DNA of 64,000 nt. Source: Nemertoderma westbladi (lineage: Eukaryota; Animalia; Xenacoelomorpha). The notes under the pieces were generated by a model that worked only from the letters and a program-made list of their open reading frames with translations, was not told the origin of the DNA and searched no databases. The stretch is from positions 129,019 to 193,018 of the forward strand of contig JAUCBJ010009048.1 in NCBI GenBank assembly GCA_032718475.1, written 5' to 3'. A program made the position numbers and the translations under genes. Each line of letters opens with the position of its first letter. Within the stretch, counting starts at the first letter, position 1. Shown one piece after another: positions 12,042 through 24,473 of the stretch.

Positions 12042-12833
12042 GGTCACAAACACACTTTGTTGGTCAATATCGCCCAGGAAGTGAGAAACAGTATAACCGA
12101 AACCGTCCAACATATTTCCTCGTTCACTGGCGAACTATCCGACGGCATCCGACGCATTAACGAATGCGTCACCGCCATCGAGGGGTCGGACCGGCTGGAC
12201 ACAGACTCCCGTACCGACAATCGTGTCGCCACGTCCGACCCCGACGTCGGCACTGCAGAGGCAGCGCGATGCCGCGTTCGACAGTATTTCCGCGAACTCC
12301 ATACAACGCTACAACGACAGGAAGATGCGGCCCTGTCGGTAGTGGACGCCTTCGTGCACGAACGACTCAGCGCAATCAGACAGCAGCAAGAGGACATGGC
12401 TATACTGATGAGCCGAATGTCTGCGGCGGGGCTGGACTGCGAGCGCCGACTAGACAGCGCGGACACCGAGTTTGTTTCCTATCGCTCCGACGTGCTCAAT
12501 CTACTAGCTACCGTCCGAACTCAACAATCACAGTACCTCGATCTGTCTCATCAACTACCCCTTGATCCCGCTGTCCCTGTTACCTTCACTAAGGACAACC
12601 GCGCACATATCGGTCCCAAAATAGAAATGCGAGTTGTGTTACTAGGCCTGGACAACTCTGGTAAGACGTCGATTCTGTTTCAATTAAAGCAGAATGAGTT
12701 TGTGCAGAGTATACCAACTATTGGGTTTAATGTGGAGACCGTGGAATATAAGAATCTTCTGTTTACGTTTTGGGATGTTGGCGGAGACCCTAAACTGAGA
12801 CCATTGTGGAAACATTACTACCTCAACACACAG
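12042..12833 (+). CDS. TRIM23: TRIM23 coding exon 2 (coiled coil and first half of the ARF domain)
   Basis: Acceptor TTATAG|GGT; GHKHTL...[31 protein letters not shown]...[33 protein letters not shown]; donor CAG|GTGAGG. Confidence 0.93.
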
Positions 12834-15800
12834 GTGAGGCATAAATAGTAAGTTCTGAACACACAGGTGAGGCATAAATAGTAAGTTCTGAACACACAGG
12901 TGAGGCATAAATAGTAAGTTCTGAACACACAGGTGAGGCATAAATAGTAAGTTCTGAACACACAGGTGAGGCATAAATAGTAAGTTCTGAACACACAGGT
13001 GAGGCATAAATAGTAAGTTCTGAACACACAGGTGAGGCATAAATAGTAAGTTCTGAACACACAGGTGAGGCATAAATAGTAAGTTCTGAACACACAGGTG
13101 AGGCATAAATAGTAAGTTCTGAACACACAGGTGAGGCATAAATAGTAAGTTCTGAACACACAGGTGAGGCATAAATAGTAAGTTCTGAACACACAGGTGA
13201 GGCATAAATAGTAAGTTCTGAACACACAGGTGAGGCATAAATAGTAAGTTCTGAACACACAGGTGAGGCATAAATAGTAAGTTCTGAACACACAGGTGAG
13301 GCATAAATAGTAAGTTCTGAACACACAGGTGAGGCATAAATAGTAAGTTCTGAACACACAGGTGAGGCATAAATAGTAAGTTCTGAACACACAGGTGAGG
13401 CATAAATAGTAAGTTCTGAACACACAGGTGAGGCATAAATAGTAAGTTCTGAACACACAGGTGAGGCATAAATAGTAAGTTCTGAACACACAGGTGAGGC
13501 ATAAATAGTAAGTTCTGAACACACAGGTGAGGCATAAATAGTAAGTTCTGAACACACAGGTGAGGCATAAATAGTAAGTTCTGAACACACAGGTGAGGCA
13601 TAAATAGTAAGTTCTGAACACACAGGTGAGGCATAAATAGTAAGTTCTGAACACACAGGTGAGGCATAAATAGTAAGTTCTGAACACACAGGTGAGGCAT
13701 AAATAGTAAGTTCTGAACACACAGGTGAGGCATAAATAGTAAGTTCTGAACACACAGGTGAGGCATAAATAGTAAGTTCTGAACACACAGGTGAGGCATA
13801 AATAGTAAGTTCTGAACACACAGGTGAGGCATAAATAGTAAGTTCTGAACACACAGGTGAGGCATAAATAGTAAGTTCTGAACACACAGGTGAGGCATAA
13901 ATAGTAAGTTCTGAACACACAGGTGAGGCATAAATAGTAAGTTCTGAACACACAGGTGAGGCATAAATAGTAAGTTCTGAACACACAGGTGAGGCATAAA
14001 TAGTAAGTTCTGAACACACAGGTGAGGCATAAATAGTAAGTTCTGAACACACAGGTGAGGCATAAATAGTAAGTTCTGAACACACAGGTGAGGCATAAAT
14101 AGTAAGTTCTGAACACACAGGTGAGGCATAAATAGTAAGTTCTGAACACACAGGTGAGGCATAAATAGTAAGTTCTGAACACACAGGTGAGGCATAAATA
14201 GTAAGTTCTGAACACACAGGTGAGGCATAAATAGTAAGTTCTGAACACACAGGTGAGGCATAAATAGTAAGTTCTGAACACACAGGTGAGGCATAAATAG
14301 TAAGTTCTGAACACACAGGTGAGGCATAAATAGTAAGTTCTGAACACACAGGTGAGGCATAAATAGTAAGTTCTGAACACACAGGTGAGGCATAAATAGT
14401 AAGTTCTGAACACACAGGTGAGGCATAAATAGTAAGTTCTGAACACACAGGTGAGGCATAAATAGTAAGTTCTGAACACACAGGTGAGGCATAAATAGTA
14501 AGTTCTGAACACACAGGTGAGGCATAAATAGTAAGTTCTGAACACACAGGTGAGGCATAAATAGTAAGTTCTGAACACACAGGTGAGGCATAAATAGTAA
14601 GTTCTGAACACACAGGTGAGGCATAAATAGTAAGTTCTGAACACACAGGGTGAGGCATAAATAGTAAGTTCTGAACACACAGGTGAGGCATAAATAGTAA
14701 GTTCTGAACACACAGGTGAGGCATAAATAGTAAGTTCTGAACACACAGGTGAGGCATAAATAGTAAGTTCTGAACACACAGGTGAGGCATAAATAGTAAG
14801 TTCTGAACACACAGGTGAGGCATAAATAGTAAGTTCTGAACACACAGGTGAGGCATAAATAGTAAGTTCTGAACACACAGGTGAGGCATAAATAGTAAGT
14901 TCTGAACACACAGGTGAGGCATAAATAGTAAGTTCTGAACACACAGGTGAGGCATAAATAGTAAGTTCTGAACACACAGGTGAGGCATAAATAGTAAGTT
15001 CTGAACACACAGGTGAGGCATAAATAGTAAGTTCTGAACACACAGGTGAGGCATAAATAGTAAGTTCTGAACACACAGGTGAGGCATAAATAGTAAGTTC
15101 TGAACACACAGGTGAGGCATAAATAGTAAGTTCTGAACACACAGGTGAGGCATAAATAGTAAGTTCTGAACACACAGGTGAGGCATAAATAGTAAGTTCT
15201 GAACACACAGGTGAGGCATAAATAGTAAGTTCTGAACACACAGGTGAGGCATAAATAGTAAGTTCTGAACACACAGGTGAGGCATAAATAGTAAGTTCTG
15301 AACACACAGGTGAGGCATAAATAGTAAGTTCTGAACACACAGGTGAGGCATAAATAGTAAGTTCTGAACACACAGGTGAGGCATAAATAGTAAGTTCTGA
15401 ACACACAGGTGAGGCATAAATAGTAAGTTCTGAACACACAGGTGAGGCATAAATAGTAAGTTCTGAACACACAGGTGAGGCATAAATAGTAAGTTCTGAA
15501 CACACAGGTGAGGCATAAATAGTAAGTTCTGAACACACAGGTGAGGCATAAATAGTAAGTTCTGAACACACAGGTGAGGCATAAATAGTAAGTTCTGAAC
15601 ACACAGGTGAGGCATAAATAGTAAGTTCTGAACACACAGGTGAGGCATAAATAGTAAGTTCTGAACACACAGGTGAGGCATAAATAGTAAGTTCTGAACA
15701 CACAGGTGAGGCATAAATAGTAAGTTCTGAACACACAGGTGAGGCATAAATAGTAAGTTCTGAACACACAGGTGAGGCATAAATAGTAAGTTCTGAACAC

Positions 15801-18800
15801 ACAGGTGAGGCATAAATAGTAAGTTCTGAACACACAGGTGAGGCATAAATAGTAAGTTCTGAACACACAGGTGAGGCATAAATAGTAAGTTCTGAACACA
15901 CAGGTGAGGCATAAATAGTAAGTTCTGAACACACAGGTGAGGCATAAATAGTAAGTTCTGAACACACAGGTGAGGCATAAATAGTAAGTTCTGAACACAC
16001 AGGTGAGGCATAAATAGTAAGTTCTGAACACACAGGTGAGGCATAAATAGTAAGTTCTGAACACACAGGTGAGGCATAAATAGTAAGTTCTGAACACACA
16101 GGTGAGGCATAAATAGTAAGTTCTGAACACACAGGTGAGGCATAAATAGTAAGTTCTGAACACACAGGTGAGGCATAAATAGTAAGTTCTGAACACACAG
16201 GTGAGGCATAAATAGTAAGTTCTGAACACACAGGTGAGGCATAAATAGTAAGTTCTGAACACACAGGTGAGGCATAAATAGTAAGTTCTGAACACACAGG
16301 TGAGGCATAAATAGTAAGTTCTGAACACACAGGTGAGGCATAAATAGTAAGTTCTGAACACACAGGTGAGGCATAAATAGTAAGTTCTGAACACACAGGT
16401 GAGGCATAAATAGTAAGTTCTGAACACACAGGTGAGGCATAAATAGTAAGTTCTGAACACACAGGTGAGGCATAAATAGTAAGTTCTGAACACACAGGTG
16501 AGGCATAAATAGTAAGTTCTGAACACACAGGTGAGGCATAAATAGTAAGTTCTGAACACACAGGTGAGGCATAAATAGTAAGTTCTGAACACACAGGTGA
16601 GGCATAAATAGTAAGTTCTGAACACACAGGTGAGGCATAAATAGTAAGTTCTGAACACACAGGTGAGGCATAAATAGTAAGTTCTGAACACACAGGTGAG
16701 GCATAAATAGTAAGTTCTGAACACACAGGTGAGGCATAAATAGTAAGTTCTGAACACACAGGTGAGGCATAAATAGTAAGTTCTGAACACACAGGTGAGG
16801 CATAAATAGTAAGTTCTGAACACACAGGTGAGGCATAAATAGTAAGTTCTGAACACACAGGTGAGGCATAAATAGTAAGTTCTGAACACACAGGTGAGGC
16901 ATAAATAGTAAGTTCTGAACACACAGGTGAGGCATAAATAGTAAGTTCTGAACACACAGGTGAGGCATAAATAGTAAGTTCTGAACACACAGGTGAGGCA
17001 TAAATAGTAAGTTCTGAACACACAGGTGAGGCATAAATAGTAAGTTCTGAACACACAGGTGAGGCATAAATAGTAAGTTCTGAACACACAGGTGAGGCAT
17101 AAATAGTAAGTTCTGAACACACAGGTGAGGCATAAATAGTAAGTTCTGAACACACAGGTGAGGCATAAATAGTAAGTTCTGAACACACAGGTGAGGCATA
17201 AATAGTAAGTTCTGAACACACAGGTGAGGCATAAATAGTAAGTTCTGAACACACAGGTGAGGCATAAATAGTAAGTTCTGAACACACAGGTGAGGCATAA
17301 ATAGTAAGTTCTGAACACACAGGTGAGGCATAAATAGTAAGTTCTGAACACACAGGTGAGGCATAAATAGTAAGTTCTGAACACACAGGTGAGGCATAAA
17401 TAGTAAGTTCTGAACACACAGGTGAGGCATAAATAGTAAGTTCTGAACACACAGGTGAGGCATAAATAGTAAGTTCTGAACACACAGGTGAGGCATAAAT
17501 AGTAAGTTCTGAACACACAGGTGAGGCATAAATAGTAAGTTCTGAACACACAGGTGAGGCATAAATAGTAAGTTCTGAACACACAGGTGAGGCATAAATA
17601 GTAAGTTCTGAACACACAGGTGAGGCATAAATAGTAAGTTCTGAACACACAGGTGAGGCATAAATAGTAAGTTCTGAACACACAGGTGAGGCATAAATAG
17701 TAAGTTCTGAACACACAGGTGAGGCATAAATAGTAAGTTCTGAACACACAGGTGAGGCATAAATAGTAAGTTCTGAACACACAGGTGAGGCATAAATAGT
17801 AAGTTCTGAACACACAGGTGAGGCATAAATAGTAAGTTCTGAACACACAGGTGAGGCATAAATAGTAAGTTCTGAACACACAGGTGAGGCATAAATAGTA
17901 AGTTCTGAACACACAGGTGAGGCATAAATAGTAAGTTCTGAACACACAGGTGAGGCATAAATAGTAAGTTCTGAACACACAGGTGAGGCATAAATAGTAA
18001 GTTCTGAACACACAGGTGAGGCATAAATAGTAAGTTCTGAACACACAGGTGAGGCATAAATAGTAAGTTCTGAACACACAGGTGAGGCATAAATAGTAAG
18101 TTCTGAACACACAGGTGAGGCATAAATAGTAAGTTCTGAACACACAGGTGAGGCATAAATAGTAAGTTCTGAACACACAGGTGAGGCATAAATAGTAAGT
18201 TCTGAACACACAGGTGAGGCATAAATAGTAAGTTCTGAACACACAGGTGAGGCATAAATAGTAAGTTCTGAACACACAGGTGAGGCATAAATAGTAAGTT
18301 CTGAACACACAGGTGAGGCATAAATAGTAAGTTCTGAACACACAGGTGAGGCATAAATAGTAAGTTCTGAACACACAGGTGAGGCATAAATAGTAAGTTC
18401 TGAACACACAGGTGAGGCATAAATAGTAAGTTCTGAACACACAGGTGAGGCATAAATAGTAAGTTCTGAACACACAGGTGAGGCATAAATAGTAAGTTCT
18501 GAACACACAGGTGAGGCATAAATAGTAAGTTCTGAACACACAGGTGAGGCATAAATAGTAAGTTCTGAACACACAGGTGAGGCATAAATAGTAAGTTCTG
18601 AACACACAGGTGAGGCATAAATAGTAAGTTCTGAACACACAGGTGAGGCATAAATAGTAAGTTCTGAACACACAGGTGAGGCATAAATAGTAAGTTCTGA
18701 ACACACAGGTGAGGCATAAATAGTAAGTTCTGAACACACAGGTGAGGCATAAATAGTAAGTTCTGAACACACAGGTGAGGCATAAATAGTAAGTTCTGAA

Positions 18801-20433
18801 CACACAGGTGAGGCATAAATAGTAAGTTCTGAACACACAGGTGAGGCATAAATAGTAAGTTCTGAACACACAGGTGAGGCATAAATAGTAAGTTCTGAAC
18901 ACACAGGTGAGGCATAAATAGTAAGTTCTGAACACACAGGTGAGGCATAAATAGTAAGTTCTGAACACACAGGTGAGGCATAAATAGTAAGTTCTGAACA
19001 CACAGGTGAGGCATAAATAGTAAGTTCTGAACACACAGGTGAGGCATAAATAGTAAGTTCTGAACACACAGGTGAGGCATAAATAGTAAGTTCTGAACAC
19101 ACAGGTGAGGCATAAATAGTAAGTTCTGAACACACAGGTGAGGCATAAATAGTAAGTTCTGAACACACAGGTGAGGCATAAATAGTAAGTTCTGAACACA
19201 CAGGTGAGGCATAAATAGTAAGTTCTGAACACACAGGTGAGGCATAAATAGTAAGTTCTGAACACACAGGTGAGGCATAAATAGTAAGTTCTGAACACAC
19301 AGGTGAGGCATAAATAGTAAGTTCTGAACACACAGGTGAGGCATAAATAGTAAGTTCTGAACACACAGGTGAGGCATAAATAGTAAGTTCTGAACACACA
19401 GGTGAGGCATAAATAGTAAGTTCTGAACACACAGGTGAGGCATAAATAGTAAGTTCTGAACACACAGGTGAGGCATAAATAGTAAGTTCTGAACACACAG
19501 GTGAGGCATAAATAGTAAGTTCTGAACACACAGGTGAGGCATAAATAGTAAGTTCTGAACACACAGGTGAGGCATAAATAGTAAGTTCTGAACACACAGG
19601 TGAGGCATAAATAGTAAGTTCTGAACACACAGGTGAGGCATAAATAGTAAGTTCTGAACACACAGGTGAGGCATAAATAGTAAGTTCTGAACACACAGGT
19701 GAGGCATAAATAGTAAGTTCTGAACACACAGGTGAGGCATAAATAGTAAGTTCTGAACACACAGGTGAGGCATAAATAGTAAGTTCTGAACACACAGGTG
19801 AGGCATAAATAGTAAGTTCTGAACACACAGGTGAGGCATAAATAGTAAGTTCTGAACACACAGGTGAGGCATAAATAGTAAGTTCTGAACACACAGGTGA
19901 GGCATAAATAGTAAGTTCTGAACACACAGGTGAGGCATAAATAGTAAGTTCTGAACACACAGGTGAGGCATAAATAGTAAGTTCTGAACACACAGGTGAG
20001 GCATAAATAGTAAGTTCTNNNNNNNNNNNNNNNNNNNNNNNNNNNNNNNNNNNNNNNNNNNNNNNNNNNNNNNNNNNNNNNNNNNNNNNNNNNNNNNNNN
20101 NNNNNNNNNNNNNNNNNNACACACAGGTGAGGCATAAATAGTAAGTTCTGAACACACAGGTGAGGCATAAATAGTAAGTTCTGAACACACAGGTGAGGCA
20201 TAAATAGTAAGTTCTGAACACACAGGTGAGGCATAAATAGTAAGTTCTGAACACACAGGTGAGGCATAAATAGTAAGTTCTGAACACACAGGTGAGGCAT
20301 AAATAGTAAGTTCTGAACACACAGGTGAGGCATAAATAGTAAGTTCTGAACACACAGGTGAGGCATAAATAGTAAGTTCTGAACACACAGGAGGTGAGGC
20401 ATAAATAGTAAGTTCTGAACACACAGGTGAGGC
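12825..20433. repeat. 33-bp minisatellite, about 230 near-identical copies, spanning an assembly gap
   Basis: Unit AACACACAGGTGAGGCATAAATAGTAAGTTCTG. Only two variants were seen (+G near 14650, +GAG near 20391). Confidence 0.98.
20019..20118. other. Assembly gap (100 N)
   Basis: Run of n inside the 33-bp array, so the true array length is unknown. Confidence 1.
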
Positions 20434-20594
20434 TACTGAGATTATTTCTCAGTATGTCCCTACCCCATACATTTACTATGTATATTTCCAATATATCCAC
20501 TATCCAGTATGTCACTGCGTCATTCTAAATTTAAAAAATCACATGACGTCATTCGAATACACACTATAACTATTTTACAATCCTAAAACTTACT

Positions 20595-20662
20595 TGAAAT
20601 AGTTAAGAATCGAACCAGCAGCCTTTACATCCATAACCCGACGCGTTATCCACTGCGCTAAT
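20595..20662 (-). other. tRNA-like A/B-box fragment
   Basis: Minus strand TAGCGCAGTGG...GGTTCGATTCT. Confidence 0.5.
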
Positions 20663-20689
20663 TTGTTACAAGATGAAAGTGTTTATAAT

Positions 20690-20950
20690 TAGGAGCCCGC
20701 TCGACAGGCGGGATACTTACTGTAAGAATCTCAGGGATACATTACTGTAAAAATCTCAGGATATATACACTGACTGACTGACTGACTGATAATTATCTAG
20801 GTTCAGGCACTTCCTGCCTGGCGATTTTGTTGAAATTTTACAAGTAAATTGCTTTGGTGGTTCATAATCGCGTTACAAAATATCAGATCAATTCAATGTG
20901 TGGTATTCGATATATTTCGTTTTTTTGAAATTATTTTGTCGCGAAATTAA
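20690..20950. mobile_element. Possible Helentron/DINE-like non-autonomous element end
   Basis: GC hairpin CCCGC-TCGACAG-GCGGG, short duplication and (ACTG)n microsatellite; the far boundary is uncertain. Confidence 0.4.
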
Positions 20951-21759
20951 AAGCAATGGTAAAGTAACAACTCCTGCCTGAGCTGCTGCAGCAGCTAGCT
21001 GTGTATGAATGGTTGAGTTTAGGGCTGCCTGAGATAGAAAAATTCCATCAAGGCAGAATTTCTTGACTACACCCCTCGTGCTGCTGGCTGCTGTCTGAGT
21101 CTACACATCCTTTATCAGCTCTCAGGGATAGACAGAAAATAGTTGAGTTGTCAATAAACATAATAAAATATACAACTGCAGTAGGATTATATTATTATTC
21201 CACGAATCCTTGGGCTGATTATTTTGTATAGGATATATGTAGAATGTTCTTAAAAATATTATTCTTATTTTTTTTATTACATACGATTAGCATCATTTTT
21301 TAGCTGAAGCATTAATAGTGTAAATTAATTTAATTATATTTTAATACCATTACTACATTGGCATACTGTAAGATAAGTTTTAACATTTCTTACAAATAGG
21401 GGTGCGAGCATAAAACGCAAATCACGCAAATTTAAAAGAACCGGGTGTGTTGTCATAGCAAAGTTTCATTTTTTATTATGTGGGACGAGCCACAAAGTCA
21501 GCTAGCCCCACTCCTTATAGTTTAGTTAGACAATTGTTTAGTTTACTTACTGCTGGCCGACAAGGTTTATTTGTAATAGTCTTGTAAATAGGATTCTTCC
21601 CCCGGGCTCCTTCCAGCCAGCTTGCTGGCTTTCTAGTTAACATTGTGCATAATTGCAAATAATTCACGACAAATAAATAAAATTAGATTCGCTATTGTTC
21701 ATAATTTGCACTTTAGAGCTTCTATGGGCCCACGTTTTGTTGTTTTTTCCATTGCTTTA

Positions 21760-22389
21760 GCTCGGGAAACAACAAGCTCGGCGGCACTAAGCCAGGCCCT
21801 TAAGAACAAGGGATGGACCTCTGAATGGCTGCCTGTTGAAACCGTATCTCACCTCTGGAGAACAGTTGCACTGCCTGTAATTTTATACGAGCTGAGATTA
21901 CACATTGGTTACCTCTCCCAGAACGACATGGATAGACTCGATGCCGCCCACAGAAATGCTCTGCGCAGCTTACTCTACATTGGGCGCTATGTTAGCAACC
22001 CCACACTGGAGCACCTTACGAGCATCAATGCCCTATCAGTGGAAGCAATGCGACAAGCGGTGGGAACCATGGTGCGAATTATAGATTGTCCCAGCAAGGC
22101 TTTACAGGGATCGTTTATTAACTGCTCTGTTGCTAGTCTCGATGGAACCTCTGGGTCACGGTATCGGGGAGTGCTAAACTCTTTTATAAAAGCGCTATCT
22201 ATCTTTCCCCTTCCACAGCTTGAGTCCCTATTGATGTACCGCTATGACAAGAAGTCGCTGTCGAATCGTATTTCGCACGGAGCAGCATTGACTGGGGATA
22301 AGGCCAAGGCCAGCTTTATCGAAGAAACATTTAATCTTAGAACATTGAGTCTCGGAGAAAAAAGAACCAGAATTAGGGAACTTTATTAG
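21760..22389 (+). mobile_element. Non-LTR retrotransposon fragment (region C-terminal to RT) in TRIM23 intron 2
   Basis: LWRTVALPVILYE...DMDRLDAAHRNALRSLL...SNPTL resembles the LINE thumb/post-RT region. Confidence 0.6.
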
Positions 22390-22857
22390 AACTTCGGTAT
22401 TGTGTAATACACTGTGTTCCCTGTGCAGTATTAATGACTCTGCATCATTTGGAAGCAGAGCAAACCCCGAGGTCATAATTCTTTTTTTTTTTTTTTCATT
22501 TGCATCCATCCATGGCTATTTTAAATGCTTTGTTCTTCCTTTTAATTTGAATATATTGTATCCTTTATTTTGTATCACTGGTGCAGTGTGTGAAACTTTG
22601 TTCGCTTTTTATTTCTTATTAACGTGCAGCGAACTTTTACTGTTGTCGGCTGGGTCCGAATTAAATGAATTAATTAATTAATCACTCGTGCCGTAAGGCT
22701 ATAAAGTGAGATTTTATGAACAATGACATATATATAGTCAATTTTTTAATAATATAATAATTGGCATTATAAGGGAGTAATTAAATTGATGAATAACCAA
22801 ATTGATATAAACAAAAGAAAGGCGACCTTTATTAATAGGTGTTTGTTTATATTACAG

Positions 22858-23163
22858 GCAGTTATTTATGTTGTCGACAGTTCAGACAGACGGAGACTCT
22901 TTGAGGCACATCAGGAACTCAGCAAGGTTCTTGCCGAGAAGGACCTAAGAGACGCGTTGCTCCTTGTCTGGGCTAACCGAGTGGGGGAGATGGGGTCTTC
23001 CACAGTGGAAGAGGTAACGGACGCACTCAACCTACACAAGTTGTGCTGCGGACGGAGTTGGTTGGTTCAGCCTTGTAACGCGGTGTCTGGTGATGGTTTA
23101 CATGAGGGGTTAGACTGGCTGAGTCATCAGTTGGTCACTGCTGGGGTCTTCGATGTAGCTTAG
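22858..23163 (+). CDS. TRIM23: TRIM23 coding exon 3 (second half of the ARF domain, stop)
   Basis: Acceptor TTACAG|GCA; AVIYVVDSSD..EKDLRDALLLVWAN..LHKLCCGRSW..GLHEGLDWLSHQLVTAGVFDVA*; AATAAA near 23317. Confidence 0.93.
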   Translation, partial: AVIYVVDSSDRRRLFEAHQELSKVLAEKDLRDALLLVWANRVGEMGSSTVEEVTDALNLHKLCCGRSWLVQPCNAVSGDGLHEGLDWLSHQLVTAGVFDVA

Positions 23164-23639
23164 ACCCTATTTATTGGACGACGTCGGTTTCTGACTTTCT
23201 TGGAACATTGTGGGTATTTACTCTGCATGGACCGTGTAAAATTAGTTAAAAATGTTATTTTGGTGCAACTTTTGTATTTGTTTCGCATACAGTAAGAACG
23301 ATTTACAAAATATATGAATAAATACTTTACTTTACTAACTATAAGTTTGGGTCAGTTTAGAAGGTCAATTAAAATTAATTAATCTGTCAATAAATTAATT
23401 TTTTACCAAAAAATTATATGTTACACTAATTTATATAATTCTATAAAAAAAAATCGAAATAAAATAATGTCTCCTCAAACAAACGATTATATACCAAATT
23501 TTAACACCTCCCATCAAAGTCAATCCTCCATATTAAAGAATCAAATCATCCAATCTCTAAATATGAGTCATGTATGCTAGGCATACAGCTTTCTTATAAC
23601 ATTCGTTGCACAGCTTTGCAAAGTCGGCATTGACGTCCA

Positions 23640-23698
23640 TGTTGGATCGAACTTGTGACCTCCACTTTACAAGTCTGACTCTCTAACCATTCAGCTAG
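23640..23698 (-). other. tRNA-derived SINE-head-like fragment
   Basis: Minus strand TAGCTGAATGG...AGTTCGATCC. Confidence 0.5.
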
Positions 23699-23699
23699 C

Positions 23700-23947
23700 A
23701 ATCGCCTCCGCTTTGCAGGACATTGCTTTCGCCGTGAGGACCAGCCAGTGCATAATCTTGTACTTTGGCAGCCTCATGGAGTGAATAAGCATGGTGGACA
23801 GCCCATGACTTTCTTGAGACGCATCTTAAAGGACACTGGCCTTGAAGATGCGGATGATCTAGCAAATGTCATGGGTGATAGGGAGTTGTGGCGGCGCAAT
23901 TTTGTCGACAAGCCGGCACAGCATTCTTAGAAATGCAGCTGCAATGC
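23700..23947 (+). mobile_element. RTE-like LINE 3' fragment
   Basis: RLRFAGHCFRREDQPVHNLVLWQP...DRELWR; nearly identical to the inverted copy at about 55030-55280. Confidence 0.75.
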
Positions 23948-24473
23948 TAACGTACTCATTACATTATCTTTATGCTGAAACTTAAAAATTTTATGGGCTT
24001 TCCCACTGGCCTGGATTATATAAATAAGTCAAATATGTTTTGAGAAGCATAGGGGGGGGGGGCTGGAGCGCAACACCGGTAGTTGTAGGACTCAACTACT
24101 TTACCTCCGTATAATAATCTATCCGAAGAAGTTAAGCTAAACGAAACTTAATGAGCTTCGTTTTAGTGAGGTTCACCTCCATTGAGTTACTTGAGCACCG
24201 TTTAGAAACTGCGTTGAGGGCTCGTTGTATTATTATTATTAATAACGAAATTAAGTGAGGTTGACGGGGCTAGGTCAGTTAGTTTAGGGGGTGTGCTTTG
24301 ACAATCTAAACAATATCAATGATCATCAATAATCGATAATCAATAATCGATAATAATTGATAATCGATGATCAGTTTAAGTTTCGATCCCTGCCAGTGTC
24401 CACTCAGCCTTTCAAGTTCAACCCCTGGTGTCGATAAAATGGGGCTAGTTGAATTACTGGGACCAAACCTTGG

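Noticed and set aside
12684-20515. Three ~2500-aa minus-strand ORFs
   Set aside because: They are translations of a 33-bp repeat that happens to lack minus-strand stops. They are antisense to a TRIM23 intron, cross a gap and show no codon-level divergence.
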